Assembly: GCA_015069385.1 (NCBI GenBank)
Contig: SVIS01000001.1
Location: 17,127 to 81,126 of the forward strand
Source of the DNA: Clostridiales bacterium
Lineage (GTDB): Bacteria; Bacillota; Clostridia; Christensenellales; UBA1242
Length of the DNA stretch: 64,000 bases
Direction: 5' to 3'
Every line of letters begins with the position of its first letter. Position 1 is the stretch's first letter. The notes under the pieces were generated by a model that had not been told where the DNA came from, searched no databases, and worked only from the letters and a program-made list of their open reading frames with translations. The translations under genes were made by a program, and so were the position numbers. Below are positions 38,002 to 45,877 of the stretch, one piece after another.

Positions 38002-39357
38002 TTAAAATTTAATTGTATAAACTATACATCTTCCATTTTCACAATCTTTTGTTTCAATATCAATTATTGGAAGATTATGTTCTAATTCTTCTAAAGTAAC
38101 AGTTTTATTATCAGAAATTTCTTCCAAGTTTGATTCTATTTGTTTATCTACAAACTGGTCTTCTGAATCATTGTCATTGTGAATAGGCTTACTATTTTTC
38201 TCTATATTTGATTCATCATTTTTTTCTAGCAAAGGTTTTGGTCTTGGATATGGTCTAGGCAATGGCTCTGGTCGATCATTCCAAGTATTTATTATCTCAT
38301 CATTTTGCTGTTCATCATTGATATTGATTTGTTCTTTATCCAAATCTTTACGTGAACGATAAGTATCAACATTCTTGTATGTTCCAAAAGAATTTATATT
38401 AGGGTAGATATAGCCTTGCCTAAATGGCATCATACCGTAACCATACATATTTCCAGCATATCCCATAGGTCCATAACCTCCCATACCGTAACCATTATAT
38501 CCATAATTATTCATACCGTATTGATTAGCATAGTCCATACCATAGCCTGGGTTATAATTACGTAAATAATTATCCTTGTTATACACCGGATTATTTCTTA
38601 TATCACCATATATATTTGTTCCGGCATTTTCATAAGTATCTATATTTTTCATAATCCCTGTTTTTTGTATATCATTATCAATAGTCTTATATTCTTTACA
38701 TAAAACATTTTCTATATTTTGCAAACTACTCATAATACTTGAATAATAAGTTAACCTTGTATTTAAACCTGTTTGCAATTTTAAATATTTAAAATTCAAT
38801 TGTTCTGGTTTTGAACTATATTCATCTTTTAAACTTTGAACACTCTTGTAATAATTAGAAATTTCATTACGTGTTAAACTAATTCGAGTATTATTTGCCA
38901 TAATAGAACTATTTAATTCATTTAAAGTATTTATTTGTTCATCAGACAAGTTAGTATTATCATCAATATTTTGTTTGCATAATTCTTTTATTTGAGTACT
39001 TTTTGCATATATTTGTTTTTTTGTATTATTAAGTGAATCATTCAAGTTTATTGTAGCTAAAATATTGTTGTTTAACATAGTTAATTTAGTTATATAAGCA
39101 TTCATTGAAGTATTTTCTAACAGGTTTATAGTCTCAATATCTATATCAGTTAAATCATTTGCGTCCATAAAATCGCTTAGAAATAACGTTGAATTATCAA
39201 TATTTTGTACCTTGTCTAATGTATTAGTAATTTTCGACATGTTATTTGATATCATGCTAAGAGTAGTATTAGAATTATTTTCTGTACACCCCATTATAAA
39301 AATAGCACAAAAGATAAAACTTGAAATAATTAATACTTTTATTATTTTATTTTTCAT
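38002..39357 (-). CDS. Putative lipoprotein with an Asn-rich helical region and a Tyr/Gly/Met-rich low-complexity segment
   Basis: 451 aa. A signal peptide is followed by a lipobox (FIMGC). The segment GYGMDYANQYGMNNYGYNGYGMGGYGPMGYAGNMYGYGMMPF is encoded at about 38425-38555 by repeated CATACCGTAACCA units. A Pro-rich PEPLPRPYPRPKP stretch is also present. No family was recognised. Confidence 0.6.
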   Translation of the reverse strand: MKNKIIKVLIISSFIFCAIFIMGCTENNSNTTLSMISNNMSKITNTLDKVQNIDNSTLFLSDFMDANDLTDIDIETINLLENTSMNAYITKLTMLNNNILATINLNDSLNNTKKQIYAKSTQIKELCKQNIDDNTNLSDEQINTLNELNSSIMANNTRISLTRNEISNYYKSVQSLKDEYSSKPEQLNFKYLKLQTGLNTRLTYYSSIMSSLQNIENVLCKEYKTIDNDIQKTGIMKNIDTYENAGTNIYGDIRNNPVYNKDNYLRNYNPGYGMDYANQYGMNNYGYNGYGMGGYGPMGYAGNMYGYGMMPFRQGYIYPNINSFGTYKNVDTYRSRKDLDKEQININDEQQNDEIINTWNDRPEPLPRPYPRPKPLLEKNDESNIEKNSKPIHNDNDSEDQFVDKQIESNLEEISDNKTVTLEELEHNLPIIDIETKDCENGRCIVYTIKF

Positions 39358-39464
39358 AATATAATCTCCCTTTATATAGTTTGCGTAACAATTTATTTTT
39401 TATTCACATAATGTTTAAAAAAAAATTGTCAGGGAATAATATTCAAAAAGTAATGGAGCATAGT

Positions 39465-39911
39465 ATGACAGAATTAGAAAGAAATGAAAGATATAATCAA
39501 TATGTAGAAGCAAAAATTGCAAAAACCCATGCATGGCCAAGTTTATTTAATGCCTTTTGGATAGGCGGATTAATTTGTGTTATTGGTCAACTATTTAACG
39601 ATATGTTAATTGCTGTTTTTCCCACATTACAAACAGAAAGTGCTTGGTCATACACATTAATCTTTATTATTTTTATAGCCTCATTTTTAACAGGTTTAGG
39701 TGTGTTTGATAAAATTGCAGTACATGCTGGTGCAGGAACAATTATTCCTATTACTGGATTTTCTAATTCTATTGTAAGTCCAGCAATGGAGTTTAGAAAT
39801 GAAGGAATCGTATTTGGTATGTGCGCTAAAATGTTTGTTATCGCCGGTCCAGTGATTGTTTTTGGTACAGTAGCAAGCACTATTGTAGGTTTAATTTATC
39901 TATTTATTTAA
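39465..39911 (+). CDS. spoVAC: Stage V sporulation protein AC
   Basis: About 148 aa. It is multi-TM with FWIGGLICVIGQ and GAGTIIPITGFSNS. A GGAG RBS precedes ATG 39465; the ORF-track TTG start at 39381 is unlikely. Confidence 0.88.
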   Translation: MTELERNERYNQYVEAKIAKTHAWPSLFNAFWIGGLICVIGQLFNDMLIAVFPTLQTESAWSYTLIFIIFIASFLTGLGVFDKIAVHAGAGTIIPITGFSNSIVSPAMEFRNEGIVFGMCAKMFVIAGPVIVFGTVASTIVGLIYLFI

Positions 39912-39923
39912 AAGGAATATTTT

Positions 39924-40973
39924 ATGTTTAACGTACAAAATCAAACAATTTTTTTTAAACAAAAGCCACATATTATAGGCAATTATGCAATAGTTGGACC
40001 AAAAGAAGGTCTTGGGAGTCTAAAAAACTATTTTGATTATATTATGAAAGATGATTTATATGGAGAAAAAACATATGAAAAAGCAGAAAGAAAGATGGTA
40101 GAACAGGCAGTAATTGGAGCAGTAACAAAAGCCAATTTGACCCCAAAAGATTTACAACTCTTCGTATCTGGAGACCTTTTAAATCAAATTGTAACATCAT
40201 CTTTTGCCGCACGTGCATTTGATGTACCTTATGTAGGATTATTTGGTGCTTGTTCAACAATGGCCGAAAGTTTAGCAATAGGTGCCAGTCTTGTTAACGC
40301 AGGTTATTTTGACAATGTTGCATGCGCAACCGCATCACATTTTTCTACAGCAGAAAGGCAGTTTAGATATCCATTAGAATTAGGTAATCAAAGACCGCCA
40401 ACATCTCAATGGACTGTAACTGGAGCTGGCTGTAGTATTCTTAGTAGTAAAGGTAATGGTCCAATTATAACCAGTGCCACCTTCGGCAAGGTTACCGATT
40501 TTGGAATAAATGATGTAAATAATATGGGAAGTGTAATGGCTCCAGGTTGCGCATCAACAATGATTTCACACTTTAAAGACACAAATACTAAACCAGATGA
40601 TTACGACCTTATTGTTACTGGTGATTTAGGCAAATTAGGAAGTGAAATTTTAATAGATTTACTAGAAGATCATGGGTATAAACTAGGTACCAATTATAAT
40701 GATTGTGGACAAATTATTTTTAATGGCAAACAGAGTGTTTTAATGGGTGGTAGTGGTTGTGGTTGCTCGGCAAGTGTTTTGAACTCTTATATATTAGAAA
40801 AAGTACGAAAAAAAGAATATAATAAGGTCTTATTTGTTGCAACAGGTGCTTTACTCTCATCAACATCAACACAACAAGGCGATACTATACCGGGTATAGC
40901 ACATGCTGTAGTTATTGAATCGTATGAAGAAGAAAAAAGTCCAAAAAAAGAAAAAAAGGGGAGTAAGAATTAA
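39924..40973 (+). CDS. spoVAD: Stage V sporulation protein AD (thiolase-like fold)
   Basis: 349 aa. Contains GPKEG, GDLLNQI, FGACST and GGSGCGCSA. It has a short Lys/Glu-rich C-terminal extension. Confidence 0.9.
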   Translation: MFNVQNQTIFFKQKPHIIGNYAIVGPKEGLGSLKNYFDYIMKDDLYGEKTYEKAERKMVEQAVIGAVTKANLTPKDLQLFVSGDLLNQIVTSSFAARAFDVPYVGLFGACSTMAESLAIGASLVNAGYFDNVACATASHFSTAERQFRYPLELGNQRPPTSQWTVTGAGCSILSSKGNGPIITSATFGKVTDFGINDVNNMGSVMAPGCASTMISHFKDTNTKPDDYDLIVTGDLGKLGSEILIDLLEDHGYKLGTNYNDCGQIIFNGKQSVLMGGSGCGCSASVLNSYILEKVRKKEYNKVLFVATGALLSSTSTQQGDTIPGIAHAVVIESYEEEKSPKKEKKGSKN

Positions 40974-40974
40974 T

Positions 40975-41346
40975 ATGTTACCATGGTATGAATATTTTAT
41001 TGTTTTTGGAATTGGTGGACTAATATGTATGATAGGTCAAATACTAGTTATAACAACAAAAATTACCACAGCAAGAATACTTGTGTTATTTGAAATGATA
41101 GGCGTAGCATTAGCTGCAATAGGTATATATGAACCTATTTCTAATTTTGCAAAAGCGGGTATAAATGTTCCAATCGTAGGTTTTGGAGCTAGCCTTGCTA
41201 AAGGAGCAATTGAAGCGGTACAAACAGATGGTCTGCTTGGAGCTTTTAGTGGAGGATTAGCGGCAGTTGCAGGCGGAATCGCCGCAGCAATCGTATTTGG
41301 TTCATTAATTGGTAGCATATTTAAAGCACGCACAAAAAAGTATTAA
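40975..41346 (+). CDS. spoVAE: Stage V sporulation protein AE (AEB-type)
   Basis: About 123 aa starting MLPWYEYFIVFGIGGLICMIGQ. The RBS GGGGAG lies upstream of ATG 40975; the ORF-track start at 40915 lies in an alternative frame of the spoVAD tail. Confidence 0.85.
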   Translation: MLPWYEYFIVFGIGGLICMIGQILVITTKITTARILVLFEMIGVALAAIGIYEPISNFAKAGINVPIVGFGASLAKGAIEAVQTDGLLGAFSGGLAAVAGGIAAAIVFGSLIGSIFKARTKKY

Positions 41347-41389
41347 CATTTAGTAAAATTTTTAATTGCTATAACATATAATTATAACA

Positions 41390-42064
41390 ATGAAAAATAA
41401 AACAAATAAAAGTTTTATTAAAAGATTAAAACGCAAGATATTAATATGTCTTGCGGTTTTATCTTGTTTAATAGTTACTATTATATGTTATTTAAACTAT
41501 GTAGTTAATCCTGTTATTATTTCTACAAGTGCTGCTAAAGTTCGTTCGCTAAGCCAAAGAGCAGTTGAAAATGTTGTTAGGCAAGTAATACACGAAAATG
41601 TGATGTATGATACATTAGTGCTTATAATGAGAGATGAAAGCGGAAAGATAGTAACAATAAGTTCGAACTCAGCAACAATTAATATGCTTGCGTTAGAAGT
41701 TACCGAAAAAGCCCAAAACGCATTATCTCAAATGGGTGCAAATGGAATTGATATTCCTATTGGCTCTTTTAGTGGCATGCCAATTTTTACGGGTAGAGGT
41801 CCAGCTGTAAATATCAAAATGCTACCAATTGGAACGATATTTTGCAAATTTGAATCAACCTTTACAGAAGCAGGAATTAACCAAACAAATCATAGAATTT
41901 ATTTAAAAGTATACTCATCAGTTAGTGTAATTTTACCAACAGCAAATCAAACTATACAAACGGAAACTCAGTTAATGATTTGTGAAAGCATTATTGTAGG
42001 TGAAATACCTGATACATATTTACATTCAGATAGTCTTGATGAAATGATGAACTTAATTCCATAA
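41390..42064 (+). CDS. yunB: Sporulation protein YunB
   Basis: 224 aa with an N-terminal TM helix. The segment IPIGSFSGMPIFTGRGPAVNIKMLPIG...GINQTNHRIYLKV...VGEIP aligns with the B. subtilis YunB pattern. Confidence 0.75.
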   Translation: MKNKTNKSFIKRLKRKILICLAVLSCLIVTIICYLNYVVNPVIISTSAAKVRSLSQRAVENVVRQVIHENVMYDTLVLIMRDESGKIVTISSNSATINMLALEVTEKAQNALSQMGANGIDIPIGSFSGMPIFTGRGPAVNIKMLPIGTIFCKFESTFTEAGINQTNHRIYLKVYSSVSVILPTANQTIQTETQLMICESIIVGEIPDTYLHSDSLDEMMNLIP

Positions 42065-42077
42065 TTCCATGTAAAAA

Positions 42078-42110
42078 TAAAACTGCCAAAATTTATTGGC
42101 AGTTTTTTTA
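42078..42110 (+). terminator. Intrinsic terminator after yunB
   Basis: Hairpin CTGCCAA / TTGGCAG followed by TTTTTTT. Confidence 0.8.
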
Positions 42111-42146
42111 TTAGGGTAGTATTTTTAATAGAAAAAAACTTATAAC

Positions 42147-42180
42147 ATTTATTCGCAAAATACAGGTTTTGCGAATAAAT
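42147..42180. other. dif-like recombination site candidate, left copy: perfect 14-bp inverted arms around a 6-bp asymmetric core
   Basis: ATTTATTCGCAAAA-TACAGG-TTTTGCGAATAAAT. The first 17 bp are repeated exactly at 43201-43217. Confidence 0.5.
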
Positions 42181-42200
42181 ATTGTAATATAAACAAAAAA

Positions 42201-43139
42201 TTATTGTATTTTTAATATATTAACAAACTTTATTGCCATTTCATATTTAATTGTATTAAGGGGTTCTTTAAATAAAGAAATGTTTGTATTACAAATACTT
42301 TTTTTATTTTGCATAGTACTATTTTTTAAATAATTTATTATGTTTATAGTTGTAATTGTTTCATCTTGAGCAAAAAGTTCATTTGGACAATCAAATAATA
42401 AAGACTCAATAAAAATTTGATTTGGTTTTTGCTGAAAAAGATTCCAATATAAATTATTAAAAATTTTAATTTGTTGCTTAAAATAGCCTTGAGTTTTTAT
42501 ATCTTTAATTTCTATATTATCAAAACGTTCATAAAAATCAATTATTATCTTTTTAGAAGTGCTTGTATTATATAAACAAAAAGAATTCGTATCTGTTATA
42601 AATACAGGATAAATATTAATATCTACTCCAAACTCTTCTTTGCCAACAATACTAATTTTTTTTGTATCAATATATAATTTAGATTCTTTATATAATAACT
42701 TTGTTAATTCTGAGAATAAATCATAAAGCAAAACCTCTATATCATAATCTTGTAAATTTAAAACTTTTTTATTAGTTTGCTTTATAACCTGCTCACCTTT
42801 TTTCTTTCTCGATGAAAATAGTTTAAAATTAGCTTTAAAATAGTTCCAATATTGTATTAAATTATTTTTAAATTTACTATGTCTTTTGTTTACAAAATTT
42901 AACTCAATTTGCGGAGCATCAACTAGCAAAAATAAATCTAATGAAGAATTAAAATATTCTACTCCAGTAAATACTTCATTTGCAACGTATAGTTCATAGT
43001 TTATAATATAAGGATTTCTCTGTTTGATTGTATTTATAACTTCATCAATATACTGAGAAATAACATTATATGCATGATTAAATGCATTTAAATTAGTATC
43101 TTTTGAAAATTCTTTAATTAAACTTTTCATCATATTCAT
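42201..43139 (-). CDS. Hypothetical protein with weak minimal-nucleotidyltransferase (Pol-beta / SMODS-like) features
   Basis: 312 aa. FTGVEYFNSSLDLFLLVD sits at the G-S...D-x-D position but is degenerate. GVDINIYPVF fits a third-carboxylate strand. IFIESLLFDCPNELF resembles the helix that follows the NTase core in SMODS-type proteins. The assignment rests on motif resemblance only. Confidence 0.45.
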   Translation of the reverse strand: MNMMKSLIKEFSKDTNLNAFNHAYNVISQYIDEVINTIKQRNPYIINYELYVANEVFTGVEYFNSSLDLFLLVDAPQIELNFVNKRHSKFKNNLIQYWNYFKANFKLFSSRKKKGEQVIKQTNKKVLNLQDYDIEVLLYDLFSELTKLLYKESKLYIDTKKISIVGKEEFGVDINIYPVFITDTNSFCLYNTSTSKKIIIDFYERFDNIEIKDIKTQGYFKQQIKIFNNLYWNLFQQKPNQIFIESLLFDCPNELFAQDETITTINIINYLKNSTMQNKKSICNTNISLFKEPLNTIKYEMAIKFVNILKIQ

Positions 43140-43197
43140 ACTTATATTCTACAATTAGTCAAATAATTTTGTAAAGCAAATTTATTATCAAAAATAA

Positions 43198-43226
43198 TTG
43201 ATTTATTCGCAAAATACTAATATAAT
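43198..43226 (+). promoter_or_regulatory. Promoter of the recombinase gene, with the dif-like arm in its spacer
   Basis: TTGATT (43198-43203), 17 nt, TATAAT (43221-43226). The ATG at 43233 lies 7 nt after the -10 and has no SD, which implies a leaderless mRNA. Confidence 0.55.
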
Positions 43227-43234
43227 ATTGATAT
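43201..43234. other. dif-like site candidate, right copy: conserved left arm with a degenerate right arm
   Basis: ATTTATTCGCAAAA-TACTAA-TATAATATTGATAT, immediately upstream of and overlapping the recombinase start. Confidence 0.45.
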
Positions 43235-44261
43235 GAGTAATTATTTTTTTGAACGAAATAAAAAAAGCAATGAAAAACTACGACAAATTGTAAATACATT
43301 ACCCGATTTTACTATTGATTATTTTATTGGAATAGAACAAAATACTTCACCACTTACACGACTTAACTATGCAACCGATTTAGCCATTTTTTTCTATTTT
43401 CTAAGCGGAGAAATCTTGCATAAACCAATAAAATCTATTAATTTATATGACTTGAATAATATAAGATCTCGTGATATCGAATTATTTTTAAGTTTTGTTA
43501 CCAATTTTAGCAAAGATGGTATTGAATATCAAAATGGCGAGCGAGGCAAGGCAAGAAAATTATCTGCTATTAAATCACTTTTTAAATATTTGTATAAAAA
43601 CGACTATATTTCACAAGATGAAACAAGTAAAGTTAAATCACCTAAAATTCATTCTAAGCCCATTATACATTTAGATGCTAATGAAGTTTCAAAACTATTA
43701 AATGAATCTGAAAACCCAACCGAACTTAACAATCGTGAGATGGCTTTTAATAAAATTACATGTATAAGAGATACTGCTCTTTTAAGTTTGTTTCTTGGTA
43801 CAGGAATTCGTGTTAGTGAATGCGTTGGATTAAATGTTAAAGATATTGATTTCGAAAATAATGCATTTAAAATAACTAGAAAAGGTGGCAACCAAACAAT
43901 TTTATATTTTAGCGAAGAAGTAAGTGCACCACTAAAAGCATGGCTAGAAGAACGCAGTTTTTGGCTTAAAGACAAAGAACAAGAAACAGCCTTGTTTATA
44001 TCGCTTCAAAAAAAACGAATTAGTGTAAGGGCTGTTGAAAAATTAGTTAAAAAATATAGTTTAACTGCCTCTCCTTTAAAAAAAATCACCCCACATAAAC
44101 TAAGAAGTACATATGGTACTTCTTTATATCAAGAAACTGGTGATATTTACATAGTGGCTGAAGTTCTTGGTCATAAAGATGTTAACACTACAAAAAAACA
44201 CTATGCTTCAATTAGCGAAGATATAAAACGTTCTGTAGTTAATAAAGTAAAATTAAGATAA
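43233..44261 (+). CDS. Tyrosine site-specific recombinase, XerS-like single-recombinase Xer type
   Basis: 342 aa. Contains the N-terminal SAM-like domain (TRLNYATDLAIFFYFL, LSAIKSLFKYLY), then GIRVSECVGL, TRKGGNQ, and HKLRSTYGTSLY...LGHKDVNTTKKHY with the catalytic Tyr. Confidence 0.8.
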   Translation: MSNYFFERNKKSNEKLRQIVNTLPDFTIDYFIGIEQNTSPLTRLNYATDLAIFFYFLSGEILHKPIKSINLYDLNNIRSRDIELFLSFVTNFSKDGIEYQNGERGKARKLSAIKSLFKYLYKNDYISQDETSKVKSPKIHSKPIIHLDANEVSKLLNESENPTELNNREMAFNKITCIRDTALLSLFLGTGIRVSECVGLNVKDIDFENNAFKITRKGGNQTILYFSEEVSAPLKAWLEERSFWLKDKEQETALFISLQKKRISVRAVEKLVKKYSLTASPLKKITPHKLRSTYGTSLYQETGDIYIVAEVLGHKDVNTTKKHYASISEDIKRSVVNKVKLR

Positions 44262-44289
44262 AAAAAGCATACAATGTATGCTTTTTTTA
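44261..44289. terminator. Bidirectional intrinsic terminator
   Basis: Hairpin AGCATAC / GTATGCT flanked by A6 and T7, between convergent genes. Confidence 0.8.
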
Positions 44290-44856
44290 ATTTTCACCTA
44301 ATTCATTTTTTATGCTTTCTATACGCTCTACTACTTTTTTCATTTCAAGTTTTCTGTTTAACTCATCTAATTGCTTTTTTAACATAAGTTCATCATCATA
44401 ATTAGGTACTTCAGCAATGGGATCAATTGTTATTGTTGTGCTTTTATATAACTTTGTTAATTTAAAACTAACTACAAACATTATAAGTGATAACACATGA
44501 CTAACAAGCAAAATACCAATTGTTAAGTAATAACCAATATCAAGTATGAATTTAGTATAGTAAACAACAAATATTCCTGCAATTATTGCTGAAAATGTAA
44601 TGAACAATAACAAAAATAAATACTTAGCCAATCCAAATAAATTTTTAATCTTTTTTGTTTTTGAAAGTATAGTAAACAAGTAACTTAAAAGTAATAATTC
44701 TTCTGTCAACAAAGCTATATTCAGCCATAAAATACCAGTTTGTTGAATTAAATTATTTATACTATAGTAACAAACCCAAGCAATTGCGGCTAAAATAAAC
44801 AATGTTAATGCCTTATATACCGCAGATAAAATTTGTTTTTTTTGCTTATTATCCAT
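44287..44856 (-). CDS. Hypothetical multi-pass membrane protein with a C-terminal coiled coil
   Basis: About 189 aa with 5 hydrophobic helices and the tail DELMLKKQLDELNRKLEMKKVVERIESIKNELGEN. No family was recognised. Confidence 0.5.
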   Translation of the reverse strand: MDNKQKKQILSAVYKALTLFILAAIAWVCYYSINNLIQQTGILWLNIALLTEELLLLSYLFTILSKTKKIKNLFGLAKYLFLLLFITFSAIIAGIFVVYYTKFILDIGYYLTIGILLVSHVLSLIMFVVSFKLTKLYKSTTITIDPIAEVPNYDDELMLKKQLDELNRKLEMKKVVERIESIKNELGEN

Positions 44857-44986
44857 AACCCACCCCACTAATTAATTTTATTATACAATATATATATTGC
44901 TTTGTCAAATCTTGTAGATTTAAATATGTACACACTCATTTTAAATTTGTTTGCTCTTTTTATAAAACATGTTATACTTAGTTCAT

Positions 44987-45724
44987 ATGGAAAATCAAGT
45001 TGTATTAATTACCGGCGCAGCAAATGGAATAGGTGCAGCAATGGCAAAGTTATTTGCTTTAAATAACTATAAAGTTATTATTAATTATAATAATTCTGAA
45101 GTAAATGCCAAAAACCTAGTTAAAGACTTATCTTACGTTAAATTTGAGCCTTATGCTTGTAAGGCAGATGTTCAAAATGAAGATGAAATAAAAAACATGA
45201 TTAAAGATATTATTAATAATTTTGGGCATATTGACATACTTATTAATAATGCCGGGATTGCAAGTAGTAACCTTTTAATTGATGAAAATTTAGATTCAAT
45301 TCAAAAAGTAATAAACACCAACCTTGTCGGCACAATAAACTGTACTAAACATGTTTGTAAACATATGATATCGCAAGGTTATGGTAAAATAATAAACATA
45401 TCTTCAATTTGGGGCAAATATGGTGCATGTATGGAGAGTATTTATTCTGCAAGCAAAGGCGGTATTATTACTTTTACAAAAGCCATGGCAAAAGAACTTG
45501 CTTCTGCAAACATTACAGTCAATTGTATTGCACCTGGTATAGTTGAAACAAACATGATGAATGTTTATTCTTTAGAAGAAAAAAACGAATTAAAAGAACA
45601 AATTCCTTTAAATCGTTTTGCTAAACCAGAAGAAATTGCTAACCTTGCACTTTTTTTAGCAAGTGAAAAAGCTGATTATATAACTGGACAAACCATTATA
45701 ATTGATGGTGGTTTTACATTGTAA
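44987..45724 (+). CDS. fabG: Short-chain dehydrogenase/reductase, FabG-like 3-oxoacyl-ACP reductase
   Basis: Contains TGAANGIGAA, NNAG, the catalytic S...YSASK triad and PGIVETNM. The extended -10 TGTTATACT ends 8 nt before ATG 44987, so the mRNA is possibly leaderless. Confidence 0.82.
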   Translation: MENQVVLITGAANGIGAAMAKLFALNNYKVIINYNNSEVNAKNLVKDLSYVKFEPYACKADVQNEDEIKNMIKDIINNFGHIDILINNAGIASSNLLIDENLDSIQKVINTNLVGTINCTKHVCKHMISQGYGKIINISSIWGKYGACMESIYSASKGGIITFTKAMAKELASANITVNCIAPGIVETNMMNVYSLEEKNELKEQIPLNRFAKPEEIANLALFLASEKADYITGQTIIIDGGFTL

Positions 45725-45744
45725 TTATAAGAAACCTTGTAATA

Positions 45745-45776
45745 AAAAATCTTTTAAAAAAGAAGATTTTTTTATA
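45745..45776 (+). terminator. Intrinsic terminator after the fabG-like gene
   Basis: Hairpin AAATCTT / AAGATTT followed by a T-run. Confidence 0.65.
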
Positions 45777-45779
45777 TTA

Positions 45780-45855
45780 TGGAGCTACTGGGCGGGCTTG
45801 AACCGCCGACCTATTGATTACGAATCAATTGCTCTACCAACTGAGCTACAATAGC
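45780..45855 (-). tRNA. tRNA-Thr (anticodon CGT)
   Basis: Minus strand: GCTATTGTAGCTCAGTTGGTAGAGC...GATTCGTAATC...GGTTCAAGCCC...CAGTAGCTCCA. Confidence 0.9.
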
Positions 45856-45877
45856 AAATGGTGCCAAAGCACCCATT

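Larger units (their letters stand above)
42147..43234. mobile_element. Candidate Xer-dependent integrated cassette (IMEX-like) carrying one gene
   Basis: The cassette is bounded by two directly oriented dif-like sites that share the left arm plus the first 3 nt of the core. It lies next to a XerS-like recombinase at the strand-bias switch point. Confidence 0.35.

Noticed and set aside
37766-39360. A prophage or genomic island integrated at the 3' end of tRNA-Tyr.
   Set aside because: No integrase gene is present, no direct repeat of the tRNA 3' end was found downstream, and the single adjacent gene has its own terminator and ordinary composition.
39358-39464. A sigma-G/sigma-F type promoter upstream of spoVAC, using the GCGTA and CATAATG elements.
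   Set aside because: The spacing is about 19 nt and the sequence matches are poor, so a call by eye is not reliable.
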